54,750 nt of DNA, taken from a virus. Taxonomy: Duplodnaviria; Caudoviricetes. Made by a program: the position numbers and the translations under genes. This document shows, in pieces, positions 1 to 8,701 of the stretch (its first letter is position 1; every line of letters starts with the position of its first letter). The notes below the pieces were generated by a model. That model saw only the letters and a program-made list of their open reading frames with translations. It made no database searches and had not been told where the DNA came from. Where the stretch lies: the IMG/VR virus record IMGVR_UViG_3300044723_011986, positions 1-54,750 of that record; one strand, given 5' to 3'.

Positions 1-120
1 TTCTTGTTTTACATCAAGAAGCTCGGATCGTAAAGATTCTATACCTGATGCTAATGTCTCAAGTTCTTTTAAAACTAGTCTGGAGTATTCTCCCCATCCA
101 TTTTGTCCTTCTGCGCTCAT
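1..120 (-). CDS. Partial hypothetical phage protein (runs off the window start)
   Basis: ATG at 120 overlaps the stop of the upstream ORF; open to position 1 (MSAEGQNGWGEYSRLVLKELETLASGIESLRSELLDVKQE...). Confidence 0.75.
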   Translation of the reverse strand, partial: MSAEGQNGWGEYSRLVLKELETLASGIESLRSELLDVKQE

Positions 121-638
121 GCTGACCTCAACTGATTTACTAGTTTGTACATTGGATTTTTTTCTATGACTTTTGTCAAAGATAAGCTGCAGTCTTCTGG
201 AAGAGTTTTAGTTAAATCTAAAATTTCAATAACAGTAGAGACATCCCATGAGCAGCCGTAAATAACGCTTGATCCATCTTCTTTGACTGGAATAAGTGTT
301 GTTAAAAATGTAGAATCATCTTCATAGCTTAAATAAGTCTGTTTAAAACCTTTCAAAGCAGATTGATGATACTGAATATTTAATTCGTTCATCTTAGGAC
401 ATGTAAAAGCATCATTAAGTGTACCGTTCTTTAATACTTTCCCGCTGATATTTCCTTTTAAAGACTTTTTATTTTTTACTCTGATTCTTAGCTTTTCATC
501 TACTGACCAAACAAAAGTTCGGACAGGGATTTCTTTAAAAAAAGATTGATAGAGAGAAAGCTCTTGAATTCTTTTTTCTTCTTCTCGTGTAATATTTTCA
601 GTTAAAACTCTTAACTTTTCTAAATTTTTCATAGACAT
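117..638 (-). CDS. Hypothetical protein with a PAS-like domain
   Basis: FVWSVDEKLRI...ALKGFKQTY...TLIPVKEDGSSVIYGCSWDVS resembles the PAS/PAC pattern. Confidence 0.5.
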   Translation of the reverse strand: MSMKNLEKLRVLTENITREEEKRIQELSLYQSFFKEIPVRTFVWSVDEKLRIRVKNKKSLKGNISGKVLKNGTLNDAFTCPKMNELNIQYHQSALKGFKQTYLSYEDDSTFLTTLIPVKEDGSSVIYGCSWDVSTVIEILDLTKTLPEDCSLSLTKVIEKNPMYKLVNQLRSA

Positions 639-646
639 GCCCTGGA

Positions 647-886
647 CTAAGAATTTAAAAGAAATCGCCTGACAATTTGTCTAAGCTTCTGTTCACTTAG
701 TACAGCATGATCAGGCGATTCAAGAAGACCCATGTCTTCTAAATATTTTGATATTTGTTTGTAGACAGGAGTATCAGCGTCTCTATAACTTCCGCTGTGA
801 CCGCTTGGCCAACCCCCATGTGAAGTTGGACGATCCAAGTAAAGATCTTTTATCTTACTGCTTTTTGTCTTCTTCTTTTTGCTCAT
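647..886 (-). CDS. Hypothetical protein with C-terminal LSEQKLRQIVR motif
   Basis: 79-aa ORF; motif similar to the N-terminal signal of many proteins here. Confidence 0.7.
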   Translation of the reverse strand: MSKKKKTKSSKIKDLYLDRPTSHGGWPSGHSGSYRDADTPVYKQISKYLEDMGLLESPDHAVLSEQKLRQIVRRFLLNS

Positions 887-1079
887 AATAACGATAGAAC
901 CTACTTAAAACTAACAGACTTCCAGACAAAGCTGCAATTTTAAATAGGTTCCAATCGATTAAAATGACAGACAAACACATGAGCATTGCATTAATAACGA
1001 TGCAAGTATCAGTCATGACTCTGATAAAAAGACGTGCTGCTTCTTGCGTTTGTCTGTTCACTATAAATAAATATGACAT
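855..1079 (-). CDS. Small membrane protein (start may be GTG at 1061)
   Basis: Two hydrophobic segments; ATATTTA motif 6 nt upstream of GTG 1061. Confidence 0.55.
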   Translation of the reverse strand: MSYLFIVNRQTQEAARLFIRVMTDTCIVINAMLMCLSVILIDWNLFKIAALSGSLLVLSRFYRYYEQKEEDKKQ

Positions 1080-1087
1080 ACTTATCT

Positions 1088-2035
1088 TTAAACCACTCGA
1101 ACAGATACAATTTTTCCTTTTAAGAATTCTCTAGAAGCTTCAACAGCTGATGATAGTAATTCTTTAACTCCCATTCCTGTTTTTCCACTTATGTATGCGT
1201 CATATTCTGGTGCAACTTTAATTTTTTCTAATCCTCTGTAGAGAAGACAACCTGTTAAAATTTCGTTTACAAACTCAATAAGATCTTCGTCTCTCATACC
1301 AGCTCGAAGAGTAGCAGCTATGGGAGCATAAATGCCCTCAAACTCATTACCGTCATTAATTTCTTTGATGCGATATATAACATGCCCACCACTCTGTACT
1401 TCAAGCAACTCCTCGATCTCCGGGTAATCTTCAAGAATTCTTACTCTTTCAACTTCAGGAAGCTTACTTAAAGAACCTCCGTCATAAAGCGCGTGAATAA
1501 GCATGTGGGGTGTAGGTAAGCTATAACCAGGCCCCCCATCGCCCACTCCAGTGTAGTTATCCTCACGTTCTGCATCCGTCTTATAACCGCCTTGGACGGA
1601 GTTTGCGCTGGGCACAAAAATAATATCTTTTGCAAAGTCAACACTTTCAATGTCTTCTTCTGGCATTCCTAATGCTCTAAGCAGTTTTTCACTAATATTG
1701 TGGACATTTCCTCGGGAGTCGAATGTATACGGTTTAACATATCCTGGTTCATCTTTATTAAACTGAAACTCTTTAGAATCTGCTCTGCCGACTTGTGGAA
1801 TAACCCACACGTTTGACCCAGGAAATCCTCTGCTTTCTCCAAAAAACTTTGTCGCTTTTTTAGCGTAATTTTTAGACTTAAAAAATTTTTCTATTTTTGA
1901 AAGGTTCCAGTTACGACGACCTTCGTCCCACGGGGACTGTTGTCCTATTTGGACATTTGGCATTCCCATATAGGCCATTTCATCGAGAGCCATTTCACGA
2001 ATCAAGTGAATTAGATCTTTTTTCTTAATTTTCAT
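1088..2035 (-). CDS. Hypothetical protein, probable head-packaged
   Basis: N-terminus MKIKKKDLIHLIREM; AGGAG RBS. Confidence 0.75.
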   Translation of the reverse strand: MKIKKKDLIHLIREMALDEMAYMGMPNVQIGQQSPWDEGRRNWNLSKIEKFFKSKNYAKKATKFFGESRGFPGSNVWVIPQVGRADSKEFQFNKDEPGYVKPYTFDSRGNVHNISEKLLRALGMPEEDIESVDFAKDIIFVPSANSVQGGYKTDAEREDNYTGVGDGGPGYSLPTPHMLIHALYDGGSLSKLPEVERVRILEDYPEIEELLEVQSGGHVIYRIKEINDGNEFEGIYAPIAATLRAGMRDEDLIEFVNEILTGCLLYRGLEKIKVAPEYDAYISGKTGMGVKELLSSAVEASREFLKGKIVSVRVV

Positions 2036-2062
2036 TTATCTCTCCTGAGATAAATATTAAGC

Positions 2063-2266
2063 TCACTCTCTAATTACACGTAAATCTTGGGCTTTCATGT
2101 CGTGAACTTTTCCGTCGAGTTCACTTAAAAACTTAATTCTGCGCATCTTAGAAAATGCGCCACCACCGTTTCCAGCAGTTACTGACACAAAATAGATTTC
2201 TTGAACAACACCACGATTGCTCATATGATATAGTGCTTCAACTCTGTCACCAACCCTGACGTTCAT
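2063..2266 (-). CDS. Small hypothetical protein (SH3/KOW-like)
   Basis: Likely start ATG 2266 (MNVRVGDRVEA) with AGGAG RBS. Confidence 0.65.
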   Translation of the reverse strand: MNVRVGDRVEALYHMSNRGVVQEIYFVSVTAGNGGGAFSKMRRIKFLSELDGKVHDMKAQDLRVIRE

Positions 2267-2864
2267 CTCTAATCTCCTTAAGATATTTTTTCTTGATGGT
2301 CTTATGCAGACCAGGATTAATCTCAAGGCAATCATACATCATTTTATTACGAATTAAAACACGAGGTCGATCAGTCAAAAGATTGGTTTCGTCAACATAG
2401 AAAGGTAAATTGTTGTAGTTGCAATATTCAATCAGCTGATCTTTCCGCGTCAACAGAAAAGGTCGAAGATAATTTCCACGAATTCGTGGAATAAGTTTCC
2501 CTTCTCCGTGAAGCGATGAAAAAATCCACCACTCAACTGCGTCATCAAGATGGTGAGCAGTGGCTACAGGGCGCTCAGATTGATCCAGGAAGTCATAACG
2601 CCCTTCTCTCCAGGTTGCCTCAAGGCCCTTGTTTGCATGTTCAACAGAAGACAACGTGGTCCATCTAAGAGGGATATCAAGTTGCCTACAGACTTTTTCT
2701 ACGATCGAAAGCGAAGCATCTGACGTCTTGGTTCCATGATGAACAAATGCAGCTGTGACATCTCGTCTGCTCTTTGCAAGGAATCCGAGAAGTGCAACAG
2801 AATCTGGCCCCCCGCTTAATGCGACTTCAACTTCTCTTGGAATTTTGCATGAAAGTTTAAACAT
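2247..2864 (-). CDS. tilS: tRNA(Ile)-lysidine synthetase-like PP-loop ATPase (catalytic domain only)
   Basis: ALSGGPDS PP-loop, REGRY, ATAHHLDDAVE, LRPFL, DETN motifs. Confidence 0.85.
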   Translation of the reverse strand: MFKLSCKIPREVEVALSGGPDSVALLGFLAKSRRDVTAAFVHHGTKTSDASLSIVEKVCRQLDIPLRWTTLSSVEHANKGLEATWREGRYDFLDQSERPVATAHHLDDAVEWWIFSSLHGEGKLIPRIRGNYLRPFLLTRKDQLIEYCNYNNLPFYVDETNLLTDRPRVLIRNKMMYDCLEINPGLHKTIKKKYLKEIRDERQGW

Positions 2865-2879
2865 TTTACCTCACACTTT

Positions 2880-2908
2880 ATTTTACATTGCCAGTTCTTA
2901 AAATGCAC
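2880..2908 (-). promoter_or_regulatory. Putative promoter GTGCAT-N17-TAAAAT
   Basis: Recurring motif in the intergenic gap upstream of tilS. Confidence 0.65.
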
Positions 2909-2909
2909 C

Positions 2910-3437
2910 CTAAACTAAGCACTCGTGAAATCCTGCTGGAAACACATCTTTGTTCTGGCTATAAAACCGCTTCCAATCGCTATCAAGAATGTAAGTAACT
3001 GCGTTGTCTTCCATTGATCGAACACTTCGACCATAAGCCTGGACAATTGTCATTGCAGTCTGCATTGGGTACCACTTCTCATTCTTGTTCATCCGCTTTC
3101 TAATAATTGGGTCACCAAGATAAGGATAGGGTACCTTGACAATAATCTGGAATCGAGAAGCATCTCCCTTTAAATCCACGCCTTCTGTCATCGAAGGCGT
3201 CAAAAGAACAGTGGGCTCCTTGGATGTGATATGCTTATGCAGAATCTCGTCTCGATTATCGCTATTATGTGTAAGAATCCGCTTCGATCGAAGTGCTTTC
3301 TTTAGATAATTAGCAATTTTATATGTATGACAGTTGTGAACCACTACGTTTTCAACAATAAAATTATGATTTTCTTTTACTTCTATGTCAAACACTTCGA
3401 TTGACTTGCTATTATATGTAATTGATTTGATCTTCAA
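2910..3437 (-). CDS. Split intein C-fragment (35 aa) fused to C-terminal half of DinG-like helicase
   Basis: TTG start with GGAG RBS; MKIKSI...VFDIEVKENHNFIVENVVVHN|C then SMTEGVDL, QIIVKVPYP, QAYGRSVRS, ILDSD helicase motifs. Confidence 0.92.
   Translation of the reverse strand: MKIKSITYNSKSIEVFDIEVKENHNFIVENVVVHNCHTYKIANYLKKALRSKRILTHNSDNRDEILHKHITSKEPTVLLTPSMTEGVDLKGDASRFQIIVKVPYPYLGDPIIRKRMNKNEKWYPMQTAMTIVQAYGRSVRSMEDNAVTYILDSDWKRFYSQNKDVFPAGFHECLV
3333..3437 (-). mobile_element. Split intein C-part (IntC)
   Basis: Intein blocks F/G ending His-Asn, followed by Cys+1. Confidence 0.9.
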
Positions 3438-4236
3438 GACTAGCTCCGTTTTCTAAATTTTCTATATCACATTTAAATAATAGTGCGTTATTATGTGTTT
3501 TACAAAACTCATTCCACTTAGATTCTGACTGATTCTGCCAGAATCCTTTTACCTCGATCCATACATCGAATTGTGGGACATAAAAGTCTGGCGTGTAGGT
3601 TTTGTTTAAAGACTCGATATAGAATGTCTTTGGTTCATATTGCCAGTCCAACCCTTGCTCATTTAGATATGTTGCCACGCGGAGTTCATAAGTGCTACGC
3701 AATATAATCAGTTTTCCTTTTGGCTCTTGAAACTTGATAAGAGTTCCTCTAGCATTATTTTTCATCCTTTCTAGAAATTCAATTCGAAAGTCTTTATCAT
3801 TCATTAATTTATTTTTCATGATTTGACTCATTTTTTCTCTAACTTTAGGCTTAAGCATAGGAGGAATATGTGTTGTATTCCAATAAGAATCCGGATCTTG
3901 CCATTGATGCTTCATCATTTTGCTATTTCGCTCTCGAATGTGTTTCTGGCGGTTGTGATCGATTGTTTTCTTTTGTCGTTGTTGTCGTTCTTCTCTTGTA
4001 AAAGTAGCCCATTCTGATTTTCTACAACACGAGTCACATGTCCATGGAAACTTTCTATTCATTTGATTTCCTCTAGAAGAAATACTAATAGAATCACATT
4101 GACTACACTTGTATTCAAATCTTCTTTTTTTCGAAAGTAGTCTGCCTCGGTAGTATACTTTGAACGTATCGCGTTCTATAGTGCAGTCATTAAATGGTAC
4201 AGGATTAGGTATAGTGTAAGGTAATTTATATGCCAT
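3412..4236 (-). CDS. Free-standing putative homing endonuclease (PD-(D/E)xK) with N-terminal Cys clusters
   Basis: CSQC...CDSCC; basic helical region; RSTYE...YEPKTF...YTPDFYVPQFDVWIEVKG; lies between split-intein halves. Confidence 0.8.
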   Translation of the reverse strand: MAYKLPYTIPNPVPFNDCTIERDTFKVYYRGRLLSKKRRFEYKCSQCDSISISSRGNQMNRKFPWTCDSCCRKSEWATFTREERQQRQKKTIDHNRQKHIRERNSKMMKHQWQDPDSYWNTTHIPPMLKPKVREKMSQIMKNKLMNDKDFRIEFLERMKNNARGTLIKFQEPKGKLIILRSTYELRVATYLNEQGLDWQYEPKTFYIESLNKTYTPDFYVPQFDVWIEVKGFWQNQSESKWNEFCKTHNNALLFKCDIENLENGASLEDQINYI

Positions 4237-4238
4237 GA

Positions 4239-4268
4239 TTGCCTCCTATAGTATATAGGCAAAAGGAG
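4239..4268 (-). promoter_or_regulatory. Hairpin occluding the endonuclease RBS
   Basis: CTCCTTTTGCCTATATACTATAGGAGGCAA: CCTATA/TATAGG, TTGCCT/AGGCAA and CTCCT/AGGAG complementarity over AGGAGG. Confidence 0.6.
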
Positions 4269-4289
4269 ACAATTCATACCTATTCAGTG

Positions 4290-5768
4290 TTATTTAATTT
4301 CGACAATATCATCATCAAGTGTGAGATACTGTGCCTCAACCCATCCTCGATTGTGAGTTAAAAACTTGTGGTCTGGAGTACAAGTTACAGTATCACCACT
4401 TTCTAGTTCTATCGTAAGTGTTGGTTTAATACCTCGATTCCAGAAGTTAGTCACTTCCTGAGCTTCAAATATTTTCTCTTCTTCATTATAAGAAAGGACA
4501 TATTCTCCTACTTGAACGTTTCGAAGTGGTTTTGTCCTACCATTAGCCATTGTCACACGGGCATCTCCATCAATACAATGGATGATACCCTTCTCTCCCG
4601 TGTGCTCAGCCAAAATTGCTTTAACAGCGTCTTTGGCTCTTGGAAGAGTAAAGTCAATTACCTTAGCGCTAAAACTTCCGATATTGGCATGAATAATCGG
4701 TCGATTCTCAATTGGAAAAGGTGAAGCGATACTAATTGAATCATAGTCGTCTTCAGCAATACCCATCGACTTTGCGAAACCCTTGGCATTAAGAATTGTT
4801 GCAGACATGAGAAGAACCTTGCGACCCATTCGGAAAAGATACGTCTCGGCATACTTTGATACGTCAATAGCACGGTAAGTAACACGAACAAATCCGCGCT
4901 TCTCTGTTTCGCCGACTTCCATCACCCAGTTATCTGAAGAATAATCTTCTAAGAAAAGAGTAAGCTTGTTTGAGTGAGACTTGAGCATGTCGTATTTGAG
5001 CGCAATTGCTGCCAAATCTTTTACACGAGATTTAAGTCCAAGATTTTCAAGCTGCTGCTCAAAATAGAGAATCTGCTTTTGAAGCTTAGGATTGTAGACA
5101 TCACGAAGCCACTTGTAGAATGCAACTGGAGTAATCTTGTCAGGCCACTTACATTTAACAACTTTATCGCAGAAATACTGACTTACAGAAAGTTCTACAA
5201 ACTTTGTTAGAACAGACTCAGCATTGTGTGCCTCGTCAACTACTAGAAAGTTTCTTGGAGTAATCTTTCCAGAATATGTAGATTCCATAATAAAATAAGG
5301 AAAGTTTGTTACAGACTCTGGTGACTCAAGAAAAAGCTTCTTTTCGCGCTTATAAAGACAGTCAGCTGTACACTTCTTAAAGAATCGAGAAGACTTATCT
5401 TCAGTCCTAAGCATTTGCTGACTTGCCTGACAAGTATTCTGTTTGTGAAACTCACACTGATAATTCTTTGACGAATAAACTGAGGTCATCTTTCCACTTG
5501 GATGCCCAAAGTCATTCTCATACTGCTCTTGAAGAACACGCTGTGTAGTTAGAAAGTAAGAACCTTTAGCGAATACTTCTGAGTGTGAAAGATTTTCGTT
5601 GACAATTCGTGCCAAAGTAAGTCCAATTGCAGACTTACCTACACCTGTCCCAGCTTCAAGAATAAAAAACTTCTTGTCATTTGTCAAGAAAGCTTTAAGT
5701 GCAGCTTCAATTGCCTGTTCCTGTTCTGGTCGGGGAACAGGATAGGGAAAGTGTTTACTAATATCCAA
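4290..5768 (-). CDS. N-terminal half of DinG/XPD-like SF2 helicase fused to split intein N-fragment
   Basis: RPEQ Q-motif, EAGTGVGKS, Cys cluster, VDEAH, MSAT; C-terminal 95 aa CIDGDARV...TCTPDHKFLT...GWVEA are intein blocks A/B. Confidence 0.92.
   Translation of the reverse strand: MDISKHFPYPVPRPEQEQAIEAALKAFLTNDKKFFILEAGTGVGKSAIGLTLARIVNENLSHSEVFAKGSYFLTTQRVLQEQYENDFGHPSGKMTSVYSSKNYQCEFHKQNTCQASQQMLRTEDKSSRFFKKCTADCLYKREKKLFLESPESVTNFPYFIMESTYSGKITPRNFLVVDEAHNAESVLTKFVELSVSQYFCDKVVKCKWPDKITPVAFYKWLRDVYNPKLQKQILYFEQQLENLGLKSRVKDLAAIALKYDMLKSHSNKLTLFLEDYSSDNWVMEVGETEKRGFVRVTYRAIDVSKYAETYLFRMGRKVLLMSATILNAKGFAKSMGIAEDDYDSISIASPFPIENRPIIHANIGSFSAKVIDFTLPRAKDAVKAILAEHTGEKGIIHCIDGDARVTMANGRTKPLRNVQVGEYVLSYNEEEKIFEAQEVTNFWNRGIKPTLTIELESGDTVTCTPDHKFLTHNRGWVEAQYLTLDDDIVEIK
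4293..4577 (-). mobile_element. Split intein N-part (IntN, 95 aa)
   Basis: Starts at Cys1 after GIIH; block B TPDH; ends at a stop codon. Confidence 0.9.
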
Positions 5769-5790
5769 AGTTAATCTCCTATGCTACACT

Positions 5791-5819
5791 ATTATAGTTC
5801 ACATAAGTAAGATTTACAC
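5791..5819 (-). promoter_or_regulatory. Putative promoter GTGTAA-N17-TATAAT
   Basis: Recurring motif upstream of helicase. Confidence 0.75.
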
Positions 5820-5821
5820 AC

Positions 5822-6139
5822 TTATAATTTTTCTAAAATGTCTTGCTTGTCAATTATTTGTTTTGCACCACGATGACGTAAGTAAGTTACAAATTCATTT
5901 CCAGTGGCGCCGCTAAATTTTATTTCTTTTGTTGAGATTCTCTCGAACTCAGGCAACATTTTTCTTTTTAGATAAATAGAACTTATTCTAATTACACCTT
6001 TTTCTTTTCTAAATGTAGTAATAAATTCTAGATGTCTTATCTGAACAGGTGTTCTTATTCCTGTTTTAGACTTAATAATCCCAAACATGGACTCCTGAAC
6101 GAGTTCTTCAATTGTAGATTTAGGTGAATGCCCAAACAT
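5822..6139 (-). CDS. Hypothetical protein
   Basis: 105-aa ORF with GGAG RBS. Confidence 0.7.
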   Translation of the reverse strand: MFGHSPKSTIEELVQESMFGIIKSKTGIRTPVQIRHLEFITTFRKEKGVIRISSIYLKRKMLPEFERISTKEIKFSGATGNEFVTYLRHRGAKQIIDKQDILEKL

Positions 6140-6152
6140 CTGACTTTCTCCA

Positions 6153-6635
6153 TTATTTTGTATGATTATCTGCGATAGATGATGATGCCCAAGAATCAGG
6201 CTTGATTTTTAAATCGTAACCCATGCCTGTAACCCAGCCAGACACAGAAGACATCATAACTCGTGTTTTGTTTTCTTTGGTCCTGCCAATATCAACATGA
6301 AGCTCAATAGGGGTATTTGGAGAAAATTCATTTATTTTTTGAGCAGCCTGAACTGATAGATTGACTTCTTCATTTATCTTGTTTTTAAGATTTTTGTATT
6401 CACTATTAACCACTTTAAATTTTTTATAGTAGTATTTAGCTATTTTACTTTCATTGTCGTGAAAAGCAACGACTGTTACAAATATGCAATTATTACCCCT
6501 TACCATCGAATCAGTTCCTACATAAACTTTAGATCCTCTTCTGATAAGGCTTTTGGCTTCGTTCATAAAATTATCAGCTGTAAGCTGGTCTTCTCCGGGA
6601 GAAATCCAATTAGGTTTATTGTCTAATAAAATCAT
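6153..6635 (-). CDS. RNase H-like YkuK (DUF458) family protein
   Basis: VYVGTDS, EVNLS, IELHVDIG, GMGY..KIKPDSWASSSIAD. Confidence 0.85.
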   Translation of the reverse strand: MILLDNKPNWISPGEDQLTADNFMNEAKSLIRRGSKVYVGTDSMVRGNNCIFVTVVAFHDNESKIAKYYYKKFKVVNSEYKNLKNKINEEVNLSVQAAQKINEFSPNTPIELHVDIGRTKENKTRVMMSSVSGWVTGMGYDLKIKPDSWASSSIADNHTK

Positions 6636-6643
6636 GATTTCCT

Positions 6644-6985
6644 CTATTTGAACATTTTTAAAAAGTTTTTTATATCTGATCTTTTAAGAGAGTCATTATT
6701 TTGTTTTTCTTCTCTGATCATGGAGCTGTTTATCATTCTTTTGCTTTTATTATTTAGATACTTGATTGCACTAATAGCAGACTGAATTCTATCTGATTCT
6801 TTTCTATGCCGTGCACCTTCACGGGATCTAGTTCTTAGAGAACTCTTGACTGCTGCTAAATCATTAATAATTCGCTCTAAAACTTTAGTGTATTCTTCAG
6901 TCCCCATTTCAAGCTGCATCATGTCTTTGTTTTCTAGATACATTTTTGCTTTTCTAAATCTTTCTTCAATTAACAATTTTTTCAT
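6644..6985 (-). CDS. Hypothetical protein
   Basis: 113-aa helical ORF. Confidence 0.7.
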   Translation of the reverse strand: MKKLLIEERFRKAKMYLENKDMMQLEMGTEEYTKVLERIINDLAAVKSSLRTRSREGARHRKESDRIQSAISAIKYLNNKSKRMINSSMIREEKQNNDSLKRSDIKNFLKMFK

Positions 6986-7012
6986 AGACTTTCCAGCTTA
7001 GAGTTATCATAC

Positions 7013-7225
7013 TTAATTTTTCTCTCCTTTACACCTTTGGTAAAGAATATTACGTATAATATTAGTCGCAGTTTTCTTAAATATAAAAGGAATAAAGGAG
7101 TGAATAATGCATGCAATGCTTGCAATGCTTAAAAGCAAACCACACCTAAAAGCGTGGTAAAGGTGCTCAAGATAAGTTTCGCCTTGTTCGTGTGGATGTT
7201 CTAAAAATTTTTCTAATAAATTCAT
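7013..7225 (-). CDS. Small membrane protein, DUF6356-like
   Basis: EHPHEQGETYLEH...IIHSFIPFIFKKTA. Confidence 0.7.
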   Translation of the reverse strand: MNLLEKFLEHPHEQGETYLEHLYHAFRCGLLLSIASIACIIHSFIPFIFKKTATNIIRNILYQRCKGEKN

Positions 7226-7503
7226 CGTTCGTGTATCACTACAATTAAATCAGTACTACCTTTAATTATTCTGTGCCATTCGTTCTTTTCTATTATAATT
7301 TTGTCACCTGGTTTTATCGTTTCAGGCAGATAGTTGTCGTATTGAAATTTCCAATCTTTTCCTGAAATTACTTCAACTTGGCGTGGCTGAGCATCTCGAT
7401 GCCATTCAAGCTCTGATTCTTTACAATCGACAGAAAACGTTCTTAAAAAAGATTTTTCATCTATTCGTTTATCGATATATGGATTTTTACCACCATGTGA
7501 CAT
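7222..7503 (-). CDS. Small cupin-fold phage protein (true start uncertain)
   Basis: ELEWHRD...WKFQYDN..P...EWHRIIKG. Confidence 0.7.
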   Translation of the reverse strand: MSHGGKNPYIDKRIDEKSFLRTFSVDCKESELEWHRDAQPRQVEVISGKDWKFQYDNYLPETIKPGDKIIIEKNEWHRIIKGSTDLIVVIHER

Positions 7504-8068
7504 AGGGAGCCCCTGTCACTTTTGGATATCTTCCGATTCTGCAAGACCAATAACCGGCTTTTGTTTTGTCGTTTTTATCTTCACAATTATGTCTGTCTTT
7601 AAAAGATTTTCTGCGCTTTGGATCGCGAAGTCCTGTTGACATACCTTTCGCTCCAAAAGCAACTTTCTTTACTTTTCCTGTCTTTGGGTTTTTAACATAA
7701 ACATAAAACTTCTTTGACCCACCACGGGCTGGCTTGTTAAGTTTGACCTTTCGGCCCTTGTATTCTGCTTCGAGCATAGCGTCAGCGTCTTCTGTGAGAG
7801 GAAAGTCTAGCGCAACTTCGCGGCCTTCATATATTCCCCACTTACCCAGGTCACTGTTAATAAGCTCCATATCAGCTTCAGACAGCGTTATCTCGCGTGC
7901 AAGACATCTTGCGCGCGCTTCGTTTATAAGATCAAAAAATGCTTTAGACCCGGGCCTGTATACAGATTCTGATAAAGAGACACCTTCTCTTAAGTGATAA
8001 CGCAATCCTTCAGAAAAAAGAACTTCTTCCTTTATAATTTGCTTAAGTCTTTGTTTTGTAATTTTCAT
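7487..8068 (-). CDS. Phage hypothetical protein, probable head-packaged
   Basis: MKITKQRLKQIIKEE signal; basic C-domain AEYKGRKVKLNKP...RRKSFKDRHNC...AGYWSC. Confidence 0.8.
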   Translation of the reverse strand: MKITKQRLKQIIKEEVLFSEGLRYHLREGVSLSESVYRPGSKAFFDLINEARARCLAREITLSEADMELINSDLGKWGIYEGREVALDFPLTEDADAMLEAEYKGRKVKLNKPARGGSKKFYVYVKNPKTGKVKKVAFGAKGMSTGLRDPKRRKSFKDRHNCEDKNDKTKAGYWSCRIGRYPKVTGAPYVTWW

Positions 8069-8080
8069 AAAATGTCCTTT

Positions 8081-8650
8081 CTACATAATATGACTATGCC
8101 AAGTTCCGTCAATCATTCTAATTAGTACCATGATAGGAGAATCTGATGAAAAATCTTCTGGATCTTCTTCTGCTTGAGACTCAAGATCTGCTGCATAATC
8201 ATCTAGCTCTTCACCTGCTGCGTCAAACCAGTCAGCAGGTATAGTAATTCCTGTGAGATCTTTTAGTATCTCAGGAATATCATCCCATTCAGGAACCTCG
8301 CCCCACTTAGAATGAGTCGTACCATCAGGGCCTTCTGTGTCATAAATAACTTTCATAGGCATTTTATTAGATCGATCTGTGATGTTTAATGACGGATCGA
8401 TATTGTATTGCTTCATATTACCGTATGCATCTATTCCTTGATAGCCGATTAAGTTAGAAGGCAACGGCGTGTCTTCTCCCTCGGCATGAATCTGTATAGT
8501 TAAGCCACGTGCTTCCGGGCCGCGAACATAGTCACCGTATCCAATCTCTGGGCCACGGTAGTAAATTTCAATTTTTCCAAATTTATTTTGGAATAGCGGA
8601 GTCAAAGACTCTCTAATAATCTTTCTAAGACGCTTCTTTGTTATACGCAT
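8081..8650 (-). CDS. Hypothetical protein, probable head-packaged
   Basis: MRITKKRLRKIIRES signal. Confidence 0.75.
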   Translation of the reverse strand: MRITKKRLRKIIRESLTPLFQNKFGKIEIYYRGPEIGYGDYVRGPEARGLTIQIHAEGEDTPLPSNLIGYQGIDAYGNMKQYNIDPSLNITDRSNKMPMKVIYDTEGPDGTTHSKWGEVPEWDDIPEILKDLTGITIPADWFDAAGEELDDYAADLESQAEEDPEDFSSDSPIMVLIRMIDGTWHSHIM

Positions 8651-8654
8651 ACAA

Positions 8655-8688
8655 AAACTCCTCGCTATAACTATACAACGAGGAGTTT
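8655..8688 (-). terminator. Terminator-like hairpin after hsp20 that also contains the next gene's RBS
   Basis: AAACTCCTCG / CGAGGAGTTT 10-bp perfect arms ending in a T-run. Confidence 0.7.
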
Positions 8689-8701
8689 AAATTCTTAACA
8701 A

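Noticed and set aside
1088-2035. Zinc metalloprotease motif (HMLIHAL)
   Set aside because: Not a HExxH motif; insufficient support
3412-4290. Group I/II intron interrupting the helicase
   Set aside because: Only about 53 non-coding nt are present, too few for a ribozyme core; intein motifs and separate RBSs explain the split
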